A stretch of 64,000 nt of DNA from Bacteroidales bacterium (GCA_013141455.1 JABFQW010000030.1:1677-65676), one strand, 5' to 3'; numbered from the stretch's first letter, positions 30,750 through 40,316 are shown. Made by a program: numbers and translations. The notes: generated by a model from the sequence alone, not told the origin.

Positions 30750-31648
30750 TACACAAAAAACAACACAACTCCTCCAACGCTTACAGCCGCGCCGATATAA
30801 TCAATCAGATGTACTTTTTGTTTCATGATGATGGCTGCCGGAGGAATAATCAGTATCGGGACAATGGCCATGAGGGTTGAGGCAATGCCGGTATTGGTAT
30901 GTTGAATAGCGACCAATGAAAACGATACACCCAGAAATGGTCCGAAAAATGAACCTGTCAGAATACCGGCCATTGCTTTTTTGTTTGAAAAGGCATTTGT
31001 AACCAATGCGGTTTTACGTGTAAACGCAATGATAGCAGCGAAACCAATAAATCCGGCTATAATTCTTATTTGGGTTGCGGCAAACGGATCATATTCACGC
31101 ATGCCGTATTTGCTTAAAACCAGACCGCCAGCCTGACCGAGTACGCCGAAAAAGGCAAATAAGATTCCCTTCAACGGATAATTTAATTTGTATTTGTTCT
31201 CTTCGTTATTTTTACTGAAAATGGTCATGGCAATACCTCCGACAGTCAAAGTCATCCCAAAAAGATGCTGGGCAGTCATTCGTTCACCAAGCACAGTCCA
31301 TCCCAATAAAACGGTAACCGGTGGTACAAAAGTCATGATGAGCATGGCAATGCGTGAACTGATGAGGGTGTAGCTTTTAAAAAGGAAATAATCACCAAAA
31401 ACGAATCCGATCAGTCCCGACAGACTGAGCCATAACCAGGCATGTTGGTCTGCATCGGTTGGCAGGAAATAACCACGGTAAAACCATGTGAAACCTGAAA
31501 GTAAGACAAAAGCGAAACCCAACCTGAGAATATTAACCGCCAACGAACCAACCCGTTTACTGGCGATTTCGAACGATAAGGCTGTGATCGTCCAGAAAAA
31601 AGCAACGAGTAGAGCGGCTATTTCACCGGAATAGGTTGAATGGGGCAT
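30749..31648 (-). CDS. DMT-superfamily transporter (EamA family)
   Basis: Ten hydrophobic helices in two EamA-like halves. 299-aa length. Confidence 0.8.
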   Translation of the reverse strand: MPHSTYSGEIAALLVAFFWTITALSFEIASKRVGSLAVNILRLGFAFVLLSGFTWFYRGYFLPTDADQHAWLWLSLSGLIGFVFGDYFLFKSYTLISSRIAMLIMTFVPPVTVLLGWTVLGERMTAQHLFGMTLTVGGIAMTIFSKNNEENKYKLNYPLKGILFAFFGVLGQAGGLVLSKYGMREYDPFAATQIRIIAGFIGFAAIIAFTRKTALVTNAFSNKKAMAGILTGSFFGPFLGVSFSLVAIQHTNTGIASTLMAIVPILIIPPAAIIMKQKVHLIDYIGAAVSVGGVVLFFV

Positions 31649-31887
31649 GGATTAAAATTTAGCAGCGAAGATAAGGTTTTTAGCAGAGGTTTGATTCGGG
31701 CACGATTCTCAGATAAGTTTTGTTTGGCGTCGTTTGCAACTACGTCGATTTTCATTCCGGTCTTTGACCGATGATAAACTCACCAAACCTGAAGATTTTT
31801 TGTATTCAAGTGACAGAAATTATGCCGATCTCAATTTAGTCATGGATATAGTTCAATACATAATGCCATGAAAAACAGACAATAAGT

Positions 31888-32014
31888 TGATTGATGCCTA
31901 CCATGCAATGGCATGTATATATAAAACAAATGATTGATGGCTACCTTGCATTGACGGGTATATATAAAACAAATGAATGATAGCTACGTGTAACTGATTC
32001 GTATAATAAAACAT
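31888..32014. repeat. Three tandem copies of a 43-bp unit (iteron-like)
   Basis: Copy 1 is 31888-31930 (tgattgatgcctaccatgcaatggcatgtatatataaaacaaa). Copy 2 is 31931-31973, with about 36/43 identical. Copy 3 runs from 31974 to about 32014 and is more diverged. Confidence 0.75.
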
Positions 32015-32222
32015 CTTTGCGGCAAGCTTTGGTAAAATTAACCGCAGGAGGCGCAAAGACGGCGCAGAGTACCGCTGAGAAAATCAAGTGAATGGTGCAT
32101 AATGAATAGGATAAAATACTCTGCGGCCCTTTGCGTAAAACTCAGCGGACCTCTGCGGTAAAAAATTAACCACAGCGTATTTTCATTTTGGTGGGCTTTG
32201 GTGATTTAGTGTATTGGTGGCA
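32014..32222. repeat. Compound palindromic block built from CTCTGCGG / CTTTGCG / CTCAGCGG / GTGGCAA motifs
   Basis: CGCAAAG and GCGCAGAGTA (32052-32071) pair with TACTCTGCGG and CCTTTGCG (32118-32136). ACCGCAGGAGG pairs with CCTCTGCGGT. GGTAAAATTAACC (32031) recurs as GGTAAAAAATTAACC (32157). Confidence 0.6.
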
Positions 32223-32485
32223 AAAAAAAATAAAGCTTCCCTCCAAAAAAGGATTAACAAAAAATGGAATCCGTTTTATTACAAGGATTAAATTTCATGT
32301 ATCTTTGAAAGGAAATAATTGACTATTAAACTGCATACAGCCAGCCAATCCGGAAAGTATTGTACAGATTTTGTGTACTGAGAAATGATGAACGCCGGAT
32401 AAAACGCTTTATGTTAGCGAAGCTAAACCGCACAAACCTTCATTCAGCCAACGTTTGCAAATGAGCTATTTACTTTTCACAAAGC

Positions 32486-33715
32486 ATGAAAAAAAAACAG
32501 AAAAAAAACACCCGGCAAAACAAACTGGAAAGCCGGCAGCACCAAAACGAATTTTACAAAAAAATGCAGCACATCATGCTGCAGTTGGGCGATGCATCTG
32601 CCTTTGGTTTACTCGATAAACCAAGTCTCACGGTAATGTATTATAGCCGCCTACGTCCGTATAAAATAACTGGCAACATTAACAATAATACTAAATTAGG
32701 CAAGCAGTGGGTGAAGGAGCTAAATGATTTATTAAGTTCGCAACTGCACAATACTTTTGTGGAGGTTGGTAAAGAACATACAAAATTTAGTTTGTATGAT
32801 TTCTCTGTTTATGTTGAAACGCTCTTTTTGGTTTGGAGAAATGTTAATGAACAAAGTCTAAAAACGGCAAACAGGTTTAAGGCTTGTTTCACATTGTTCG
32901 ATGAGGAATACGATAAAACCAGGGAGAAGGTGGTTGAGATGATAGAGAATAAACTGCATTTAACCGCCTTTTTGTATTCCAATATATTATACCATGTCGT
33001 ACGTTTTGCCCAAGCAACACATATAGCATCAAATACTCTTTTCAACAATACGGCGTGTTACAACGATTATATGATCGAAGAGTTGAAACCTGAAACCGAA
33101 ATGCTGAATATTAATGGCCACAACCGAACCATTTACCAGATAAACATAATACATGAAAATGGATTTTATCCATTAACCATGATACCCAAAAAATTTGGAA
33201 TTGAAGGGATCATGCAGGAGACTCCGCTCAAGGTTTTTATTCAGAAACATGCATTAGAGCGCATTGAAGAGCGATTGGGTATATTTATCGGGACCTTCCA
33301 TTATATTAATATTGTTGGCGCACTCCTTTTGGGTGAGTTTATTCGTGCCGAAAACAAATACGAGTATTTGTTTCCCCTTCTAAGCAACGGTGTAAAGCTG
33401 GGTTATTTGAAAGGGGATATTATCGGCGACAAACTTGTTATCCGGACTTTTTTATTCTTAACCAACAACGGAACTCCTGAAGGTAAAAAATTGCAGGAAC
33501 TTGTCGGTCTTCAAAAAGCAGATAAAGAGTTCCTTGGCATCGATAAATTAAGCACCTTTATAAATTCGGATATCAAAACTGATGAAAAACTAACGAAACT
33601 GTTTACTAAGGCAGGATGTGGCGATTTGTTCAAACTCGATAAACAAATTTTGGTTGATCCGGGCGAAAAAGAAGTGGCTGTGGCCCGCTTTTTATTGCAA
33701 TATGTCGGCATGTAA
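32486..33715 (+). CDS. Orphan hypothetical protein (409 aa) with a basic N-terminus
   Basis: A long ORF isolated between two repeat-rich non-coding regions. N-terminus is MKKKQKKNTRQNKLESRQHQ, with no signal peptide or TM segment. No family recognised. The short stretch QKHALERIEERLGI is reminiscent of HAxxRxxxR toxin-type motifs, but this is weak evidence. Confidence 0.65.
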   Translation: MKKKQKKNTRQNKLESRQHQNEFYKKMQHIMLQLGDASAFGLLDKPSLTVMYYSRLRPYKITGNINNNTKLGKQWVKELNDLLSSQLHNTFVEVGKEHTKFSLYDFSVYVETLFLVWRNVNEQSLKTANRFKACFTLFDEEYDKTREKVVEMIENKLHLTAFLYSNILYHVVRFAQATHIASNTLFNNTACYNDYMIEELKPETEMLNINGHNRTIYQINIIHENGFYPLTMIPKKFGIEGIMQETPLKVFIQKHALERIEERLGIFIGTFHYINIVGALLLGEFIRAENKYEYLFPLLSNGVKLGYLKGDIIGDKLVIRTFLFLTNNGTPEGKKLQELVGLQKADKEFLGIDKLSTFINSDIKTDEKLTKLFTKAGCGDLFKLDKQILVDPGEKEVAVARFLLQYVGM

Positions 33716-33771
33716 CGGGTGTGTCAGTGATAATAAAAGCATTCCCTCCGCTCAACGTCTCCCATTTGCCT

Positions 33772-34025
33772 CAAACATCAATCCCGGTCTCCTGATCGGA
33801 GTGAAACGCTTTCAAAAATAATGGCAGATACGTAATTCAAAGCACAAATATTCTGGAGAAACGGACATACAATGGATAATTGACAATTGACACCCTTCGT
33901 TACTGAGTCTAATCATTTTATGAAACAGCGCGCAGGCTGCCCCATCTTTGAGGTTGGGGGCCGGGTGGGTAATGAAACGAGATGCGTGGCTTAAGCCCTC
34001 AGACTTTAAGAAAACGGTTATTAAG
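33772..34025 (+). repeat. Copy A of a ~230-250 bp dispersed repeat (non-coding)
   Basis: Aligns with 42181-42405 in the same orientation. A 44-bp core (33894-33937, CCTTCGTTACTGAGTcTAATCATTTTATGAAACAGCGCGCAGGC) differs at one position from 42291-42334. Confidence 0.8.
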
Positions 34026-34178
34026 TTAAGTTTTATTAAATTAGCAAATACCAATTTGAAAAGATTTAATTTTAGAATGCAAAACGCAATCGTATATGCA
34101 TTTCTTTTCGTTGCAAAATAATTATGAAATAATTTGAACCTTTTGGTTTTTGCGTGTACTGATGCAAAAGTAATTCGT

Positions 34179-34373
34179 ATGGAACAGATAGATATATCGA
34201 AAAGTGCGCTGATAACCGGACTAATCTTGTTGATTTGTGGATTTGTAATTATGGCTTTGGGAAGTGATACCTATAGTTTTTGGAAAATAAGCGTTTCACC
34301 ACTAATAATAATTATAGCTTTTTGTGTTATTGCCTACTCGGTGATGCATAAAAGACGAAATACCGATGTTTAA
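34179..34373 (+). CDS. Small two-TM membrane protein, translationally coupled to the ECF sigma factor
   Basis: MEQIDISKSALITGLILLICGFVIMALG...PLIIIIAFCVIAYSV. Its stop overlaps the ATG at 34366 (ATGTTTAA). Confidence 0.45.
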   Translation: MEQIDISKSALITGLILLICGFVIMALGSDTYSFWKISVSPLIIIIAFCVIAYSVMHKRRNTDV

Positions 34374-34950
34374 ATTTAAAGCTCCGAATTATCAAAATCT
34401 TGCCGATGAAAAGCTGATTGTTGCTATTACAAATGGCGATTCAGCCGCGTTTAATGCACTGTACAAAAGATATAACGAACGCATACTTTATTATTTCTAC
34501 CGCATGTTGGGAAATGATAAAGAACTGGCGCAGGATTTCCTGCAGGATCTTTTTTTAAAGATAATTGATAAACCACATTTGTTTGATGTTGAGAGAAAAT
34601 TTTCGACCTGGATATTCAGTATTGCGCATAATATGTGTAAAAATGAGTATCGAAACAGAGTAGTTCGGGACATTGTTGATAGGGATGCTGATACAGATTA
34701 CATTCCTTACGATGAAGAAACAACAAACTATTTGTCGTTTCAAATTGAGGATGTTTTTAGCTGTTTGAATGAATTTGACGAAATGCACCGCACAGCCTTT
34801 TTGCTCAAATATCGTGAAGGCCTGAGTATTGATGAGATAAGCTCAATTCTTGAATTACCGGTGGGAACGATTAAATCGAGATTGTTTTATACGCGAAAAA
34901 AAATTCAGAAAAAACTTCAACATATAATACCTTGTAACATCGGATTTTAA
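34366..34950 (+). CDS. ECF-type RNA polymerase sigma-70 factor
   Basis: Region 2 (AAFNALYKRYNERILYYFYRMLGNDKELAQDFLQDLFLK...FSTWIFSIAHNMCKNEYR) and region 4 (EGLSIDEISSILELPVGTIKSRLFYTRKKI). Confidence 0.9.
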   Translation: MFKFKAPNYQNLADEKLIVAITNGDSAAFNALYKRYNERILYYFYRMLGNDKELAQDFLQDLFLKIIDKPHLFDVERKFSTWIFSIAHNMCKNEYRNRVVRDIVDRDADTDYIPYDEETTNYLSFQIEDVFSCLNEFDEMHRTAFLLKYREGLSIDEISSILELPVGTIKSRLFYTRKKIQKKLQHIIPCNIGF

Positions 34951-35007
34951 ACGTTTACTTTAAATTTGAAAAACATCTTATTACTGAAAAACATAATACT
35001 TGAGAAA

Positions 35008-35352
35008 ATGGATAATTTCGAAAAACATATAAGCAGTCAGTTGCAAAACGACAAATTGCCTTTTAGTGCTGACCCTGCCATCCAGGATCGGTTAATGTAT
35101 CATATGCAATTGAAATCTTCAAAATCAGCTATGCATAAGAATCAAATTCTGCCCTTTTTAGATGTGCTGTTTGCTCCAAAACTGTTGGTCTGGAAACTGG
35201 GGATTGTCGCCGTTTTGTTAATCTCATCGATAAGTTACAACTATTATCAACCTGATGCAGGCATTATCCAGGTCGCCGATTCTACCCGGATAATAATAAG
35301 TTCAATTGACACTACGAATATTCTGTTTAAAGATACTTTATCGGTCAACTAA
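35008..35352 (+). CDS. Putative anti-sigma factor-like single-pass membrane protein
   Basis: Lies immediately downstream of the ECF sigma gene, with one TM segment (LLVWKLGIVAVLLISSISY). The track ORF starts at TTG 34966. The ATG at 35008 is preferred. Confidence 0.45.
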   Translation: MDNFEKHISSQLQNDKLPFSADPAIQDRLMYHMQLKSSKSAMHKNQILPFLDVLFAPKLLVWKLGIVAVLLISSISYNYYQPDAGIIQVADSTRIIISSIDTTNILFKDTLSVN

Positions 35353-35500
35353 TATAATTCAATGTCGTTTAGTTTAGAAATCGTACGCTGACAGGACCTA
35401 CGGACACTGTCAGGCAAGCATTCAACCCGACCTTTCAGCGTCAACAGACCTGAAAGCGTCAAAATAAAATTACAAACTAAACGACATTGTAATATAATTC
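35350..35500. mobile_element. MITE-like element: 16-bp perfect terminal inverted repeats flanked by a 10-bp direct duplication
   Basis: CAATGTCGTTTAGTTT (35360-35375) is the exact reverse complement of AAACTAAACGACATTG (35474-35489). TAATATAATT occurs directly outside both ends (35350-35359 and 35490-35499). Internal hairpins are CTGACAG/CTGTCAG and TTTCAG/CTGAAA. Confidence 0.65.
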
Positions 35501-35639
35501 CCATTTTAGAAAGAGTTTCAGATACCCTGCAGAATCAGTTGCTTAATAAGCAGGTCTTCATTATAAAACCCGAACTTCCGAATAGTGCAAAATACCCGAA
35601 CAATCTGTCAATCAGGATTTGTGATGGAACACTTTGTAA

Positions 35640-38600
35640 TCATAAAAACTGATTAAAGCCATCGATTAGTTTGTCGTGCAGCTGTTTGTTGTTTTCGTTG
35701 CATATTTGGATAAGTTCCTGCATCAAATACACCTCTAATTGCACTTCGTAGCTCATTTCGTTTCTATTTATGGTATTTCCATGAAGGTAATAACGCAGGT
35801 TTTGGCTGGCGTTTTGATAAATATCTTCGACCAATGCATCACCTTTATTTTTTGCGCCTGTTTTATAATAGCATTTGACCATTTTGGGTGAAAAATAGCC
35901 AAACATAAATTGGCTTTGCGGGAAAGTAGATTGTGCCAAATCAATTAATTTCTCAGCCTTTTCATTCTCACCCGAACTAATTAGTTCTTCAGCCACTTCC
36001 ACAAACATTTGTCCAAACCTGAACGACTCTGCCATTTGCTTAATTGTATGATCCAAAAATATAGCCGGGTTGTTTACATTTCCCCAGACAAACTCGTTGG
36101 TAATTAGTCTGTACTGATGATTGGCGAATGTTTTCCTGTTGTGCAAAATAGTATTGTTCTTGTAAGGAAGCAAGCGAAACAGCATACCCTCGCGATGCAA
36201 ATAACCGGCCAATCCAATTTCTTGAAATATCTGGGGATAAATCGTGTACACCGGACGTTTCCAATCGTTTTTCGCTACCATGTCCAATATCAGGAGCTCA
36301 TCGCGCGACAGATAACTTTTTTTGATGGAAAAGTAAATTTTTGAAGGCACATCACTTTTCTCCATTTCAAAATAACTGCTCTCATTTAAAAAGTTTTCCG
36401 CATTAACGACCAACGATAAATTTTTACCCGGAATATAACTTAAAAATTCACCCTCACTTGTTTGTAGCTTCGTTCGTTTGTCGCTGTTTTTAATAAACCG
36501 GATCATTTCTTTCACATCAATAGAGCTGTCAATTTTGGTCATTACCGGAAAATATTGATTTGTATTCATTAACAACTCCTTATCGTTAAATGAAATTGGA
36601 ACACTTCCGCATCCCTTGTAGTTGTTATTCATTTGGTTGCCATACCAATCTATTGGTAAAAAAGTGGTGAGCACCTGGCGCACATCGGGTCGAAAATCTT
36701 CAACCTGCTGGAGGTACCAAATGGGATAGGTATCGTTATCGGCAGCGGTAAAAAGTATTGCATTTTGCCCGCATGAGCTCAATATGTTTTTCCCGAAATC
36801 GCGTGCAACGTATCTGCCCGACCTGTCGTGGTCGTCCCAGTTTTGGCTGCACATTAATCCTGGAACAATAATGATTAGTATTCCGGCCAACACCCATTTA
36901 GCAAAGGGGCTTTTCATATATTTTGCCGATGACAGAAATATGGCAGCGGCCCCCAGGCCCATCCATATTGCAAAAACCATAAACGAGCCTACATGAACAT
37001 AATCGCGCTCACGGGGTGTGATAGGGACTTCGTTGAGATACATTACAATTGCCGGTCCGGTAAATAAAAAAAGTGCAAAGGCTACCCAAAAATTCTGTTT
37101 GTCATGCTTAAACTGAAAAATCATTCCCAATATTCCAATAAGCAAAGGGATCAGATAATATTTGTTTTGTGTTTTTCGGTTTATATACGCATCAGGAATT
37201 TCGTTTTGATTGCCTAAGCGCCAATTATCCAGAAAGGGTATTCCCGAAATCCAATTACCAAAAAATCTATCACCATCTCCCTGAATATCGTTTTGTCTTC
37301 CTGCAAAATTCCACATAAAATAACGGAGGTACATATAGCCAAACTGATACTTTAAAAAAAACTTGAAGTTATCGACAAAAGTGGGCACATTAATGGTTTT
37401 TGGGTTTCCATCAGCCCCGGTAACCCTTACGTTCCGACCTTTAATATCTACCCATTTTTTGTAAGCATCAACATGGCGGGCCTCCATACTTGCCATACGT
37501 GGAAAAAAGCCCAATGTATTCTCATCGTATTTGTAATCAGGGTTCAGATTATCCTGTATATACGACTGATTGTAAAGCTTATAAATGATTCGTTTTTTCG
37601 AATCGGTAACAGGCGAGTTGAAATTGTTGCCATAAATTAACGGTCTTTGCCCATACTGCTCACGATTTAAATAATCGACCAGGCCGAAAATATTTTCAAC
37701 ATTATTAATATCAACGAATGGATTGTCAACCGAACGAATAACCAGGATAGTAAAGGAAGAGTACCCTATCAACCAAAACGAAAACAGCAGAAGCGCGAAA
37801 CGCAGATAATAGTTTTTGTTTCTCTTGAAATAGCGCATGAATAGAAGTATTCCTGTTATGAGCAAAAAAACGAAAGAAAAAACTCCTGAATAGACCGGCA
37901 TCTTTAATGAATTTACAAAAAACAGGTCGAAATAAGCTGCAGTTTTTACCACTCCCGGAATTATTCCATTGACAAAAACCACGATTAATAATACTGACAG
38001 GCTGACTGTAATGAATAGTTTTAACGTAGATTGCTTGAAATGTTTGAAATAAATTACCAAAGCCATGGCCGGCAATGCCAATAAATTTAATAGATGAATT
38101 CCCACCGATAATCCCAATAAAAAGAAAATCAACACCAACCATCTATTCTCTGGCCAACCTTTCGGTTCTTGCTCGTATTTAGTAATACACCAGAATACAA
38201 GTGCTGAAAAAAGAGAAGAGGTTGCGTAAACCTCGGCTTCAACAGCCGAAAACCAGAAACTGTCGGTAAAAGCATATGATAATGAACCTGTTAACGAGGC
38301 TACCACGGCCACAAAATGAACATTCTCAATTTTTATTACCGATTTTATTTTTTGTGACAGTTTGAGTACAAACCAATAAATAATATGAAACAGCAGCAGC
38401 ACCGTTAACGCGCTTGCCACAGCTGATAAAGCATTAATGGCCATTGCTACATTTTCTGTGTTGCCCAGGGTCAGTAAGCTAAATAACCGGCCTAAAAGTA
38501 GGTACAATGGAGCGCCGGGCGCATGTCCTATTTCTAATTTGTAGGCACAGGCAATAAACTCGCTGCAATCCCAAAAGCTTGCAGATGGTTCAAGTGTTAG

Positions 38601-38669
38601 CAAATAGGTAACTAAAGCGATTATAAAAGTTAGTCCGCCAAAAATTCGCTGCTGTAAATGGTTTTTCAT
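35640..38669 (-). CDS. DUF2723 / TMEM260-like polytopic membrane protein (putative glycosyltransferase-C fold)
   Basis: The N-terminal hallmark is TYLLTLEPSASFWDCSEFIACAYKLEIGHAPGAPLYLLLGRLF. There are more than 10 TM helices, then a large soluble C-terminal domain. The start is placed at MKNHLQQ. The ORF extends to 38708. Confidence 0.85.
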   Translation of the reverse strand: MKNHLQQRIFGGLTFIIALVTYLLTLEPSASFWDCSEFIACAYKLEIGHAPGAPLYLLLGRLFSLLTLGNTENVAMAINALSAVASALTVLLLFHIIYWFVLKLSQKIKSVIKIENVHFVAVVASLTGSLSYAFTDSFWFSAVEAEVYATSSLFSALVFWCITKYEQEPKGWPENRWLVLIFFLLGLSVGIHLLNLLALPAMALVIYFKHFKQSTLKLFITVSLSVLLIVVFVNGIIPGVVKTAAYFDLFFVNSLKMPVYSGVFSFVFLLITGILLFMRYFKRNKNYYLRFALLLFSFWLIGYSSFTILVIRSVDNPFVDINNVENIFGLVDYLNREQYGQRPLIYGNNFNSPVTDSKKRIIYKLYNQSYIQDNLNPDYKYDENTLGFFPRMASMEARHVDAYKKWVDIKGRNVRVTGADGNPKTINVPTFVDNFKFFLKYQFGYMYLRYFMWNFAGRQNDIQGDGDRFFGNWISGIPFLDNWRLGNQNEIPDAYINRKTQNKYYLIPLLIGILGMIFQFKHDKQNFWVAFALFLFTGPAIVMYLNEVPITPRERDYVHVGSFMVFAIWMGLGAAAIFLSSAKYMKSPFAKWVLAGILIIIVPGLMCSQNWDDHDRSGRYVARDFGKNILSSCGQNAILFTAADNDTYPIWYLQQVEDFRPDVRQVLTTFLPIDWYGNQMNNNYKGCGSVPISFNDKELLMNTNQYFPVMTKIDSSIDVKEMIRFIKNSDKRTKLQTSEGEFLSYIPGKNLSLVVNAENFLNESSYFEMEKSDVPSKIYFSIKKSYLSRDELLILDMVAKNDWKRPVYTIYPQIFQEIGLAGYLHREGMLFRLLPYKNNTILHNRKTFANHQYRLITNEFVWGNVNNPAIFLDHTIKQMAESFRFGQMFVEVAEELISSGENEKAEKLIDLAQSTFPQSQFMFGYFSPKMVKCYYKTGAKNKGDALVEDIYQNASQNLRYYLHGNTINRNEMSYEVQLEVYLMQELIQICNENNKQLHDKLIDGFNQFL

Positions 38670-38811
38670 ACTAAAGTGTATCTTAAAATTTACCATCAGT
38701 ACACGCATTTCGAAAAAGGTTCATGAATACCCTTTTTTACTTAACTTTTGCAATACTTTGGTTGGTTTATCTCGGAATAAAGCTTCACATAAGATAAGTT
38801 GTTAATCACAC

Positions 38812-38900
38812 ATATACATCCCGCTCAGCGTAGTCTTCCAATCAGTACGAACATTCATCCCGTTCTTCTGATCGGAATGAAAACCGTTTTTTCGAAAAGA
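38812..38900 (+). repeat. Partial copy B of the dispersed repeat (5' module only)
   Basis: CATCCCGCTCAGCGTAGTCTTCC...CATTCATCCCGTTCTTCTGATCGGAATGAAAACCGTTTT aligns at roughly 70 percent identity (by eye) with 33741-33815. Confidence 0.45.
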
Positions 38901-39017
38901 CATCAACCATAAATTAATAGGACTCCCATTACCATGCGGCGTAGTTCAAACGGTTTTATTTTCCATTTTCCTTTTTTTTTATTTTCAAACCAATGCTGAT
39001 ATCCAATGCTTTGTTAT

Positions 39018-39025
39018 TATATTTG
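39018..39025 (+). promoter_or_regulatory. Candidate Bacteroidota -7 promoter box
   Basis: TATATTTG is an exact match to TAnnTTTG, 65 nt upstream of the ATG at 39090. Confidence 0.3.
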
Positions 39026-39089
39026 CAGTATAGCGCTGAATAAATCGTTATATATTAACAACCATAAAATAACTTATTAGGAATTAAAA

Positions 39090-40316
39090 ATGAAAATTAT
39101 GAAAAGAGCATGTATCGTTTTACTGGTTATTCTGGCAAATAGCTCCATTGCTCAAAACATTTGGGAGCCAATTCCATTTCCTGATTCACTCGTTTCGGTG
39201 GATATTAATGCAGAAAAGGAAGGAGTAATTTTTGTTGCTACCGGATATGACCCTGATTTTCGTGGACTTTTCAGGTCTGTTGATGAAGGATTAAATTGGG
39301 ATTTGTTGTCGTTGGGCGTCCCATATCAGGAATATATCTATTCGGTTCGGTGTAATCCGGAAGGAGAGTTATTTGTTGGTACTGGTTCGGGAATTTACAG
39401 GTCGTTTGATGACGGAAATAATTTTGAAAGAGTGTTTCACGGAGGGTTCAATATAGTCTCAATCAATTTTTCACCAAGTGGTGAAATATATGCCGGAAGC
39501 TGGTCGAATATCTTTCGCTCTTCCGACGATGGTTATTCATGGGATACTTTATATTTTGGAGGTAATATCTATTTCGCGGATATTGATTTTGGACCAAATG
39601 GCGAAATTTATACCGTTGGAATATCCTATGACGGTCAGGGAACCGGAAGTGGTTTTAATCGTTCGCTCGACCATGGTGAAACCTGGGAAAATATTGGGAT
39701 AACAGATGAAGCTCTATTTGAAATTGAAGTGAACAGCATGGGGGTAATTCTTGTCGGTGGATTACAATCTGGTGTTTATATTTCGCAAAACAGGGGTGAG
39801 AGTTTTACATTCCAATACAACTCAGAAGTCACTGCTTTAGAAACCGATTCGCAGGATCATATGATTGCCGGAGTAACTGGATATCAATACGATGATTGTC
39901 TGTTATCTGAGGATTGGGGCAACACCTGGGCAAGTTTATATGATACTGTTTTTAATCCTTATATCAATCAGATTTCGATTTCGCCAGACAATACGGTTTA
40001 TCTGCAATGTCATAGCGTATCAAGTCAACAATACCAGCTATTTAAATCAATCAATCCCATTCTTGGCATTGATGATGAGATTACAGCAAATGAGATAATC
40101 GTTTTTCCGAATCCTGCAGATAATATAATATCTCTCACAAATTGCGACAATGCAATCAACAACCCGTATGTAATGTATAACCAATACGGACAGGAGATAT
40201 TATCAGGGACAGCGGTTCATAATTCAATTGACGTTTCAATGCTTAAACCGGAACTATATATTCTTGAATTTGAAATCGGAAATAAAGCAATAAGGAAAAA
40301 AGTATTGATCAAATAA
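39090..40316 (+). CDS. BNR/Asp-box beta-propeller protein with a T9SS C-terminal sorting domain
   Basis: Signal peptide. Six Asp-box-like motifs (SVDEGLNWD, SFDDGNNFE, SSDDGYSWD, SLDHGETWE, SQNRGESFT, SEDWGNTWA). T9SS tail is IIVFPNPADNIISL...YILEFEIGNKAIRKKVLIK. Confidence 0.78.
   Translation: MKIMKRACIVLLVILANSSIAQNIWEPIPFPDSLVSVDINAEKEGVIFVATGYDPDFRGLFRSVDEGLNWDLLSLGVPYQEYIYSVRCNPEGELFVGTGSGIYRSFDDGNNFERVFHGGFNIVSINFSPSGEIYAGSWSNIFRSSDDGYSWDTLYFGGNIYFADIDFGPNGEIYTVGISYDGQGTGSGFNRSLDHGETWENIGITDEALFEIEVNSMGVILVGGLQSGVYISQNRGESFTFQYNSEVTALETDSQDHMIAGVTGYQYDDCLLSEDWGNTWASLYDTVFNPYINQISISPDNTVYLQCHSVSSQQYQLFKSINPILGIDDEITANEIIVFPNPADNIISLTNCDNAINNPYVMYNQYGQEILSGTAVHNSIDVSMLKPELYILEFEIGNKAIRKKVLIK

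Noticed and set aside
31888-32222. Possible CRISPR array, suggested by repeated motifs in a gene-free region
   Set aside because: The repeats are contiguous 43-bp tandem units and palindromic words, with no constant-repeat/unique-spacer alternation. No cas genes or leader are present in the window.
33812-34054. 80-aa minus-strand ORF inside dispersed-repeat copy A
   Set aside because: It is Cys- and His-rich with no family resemblance. The homologous copy C has no equivalent ORF of 60 aa or more, so the repeat is most likely non-coding.
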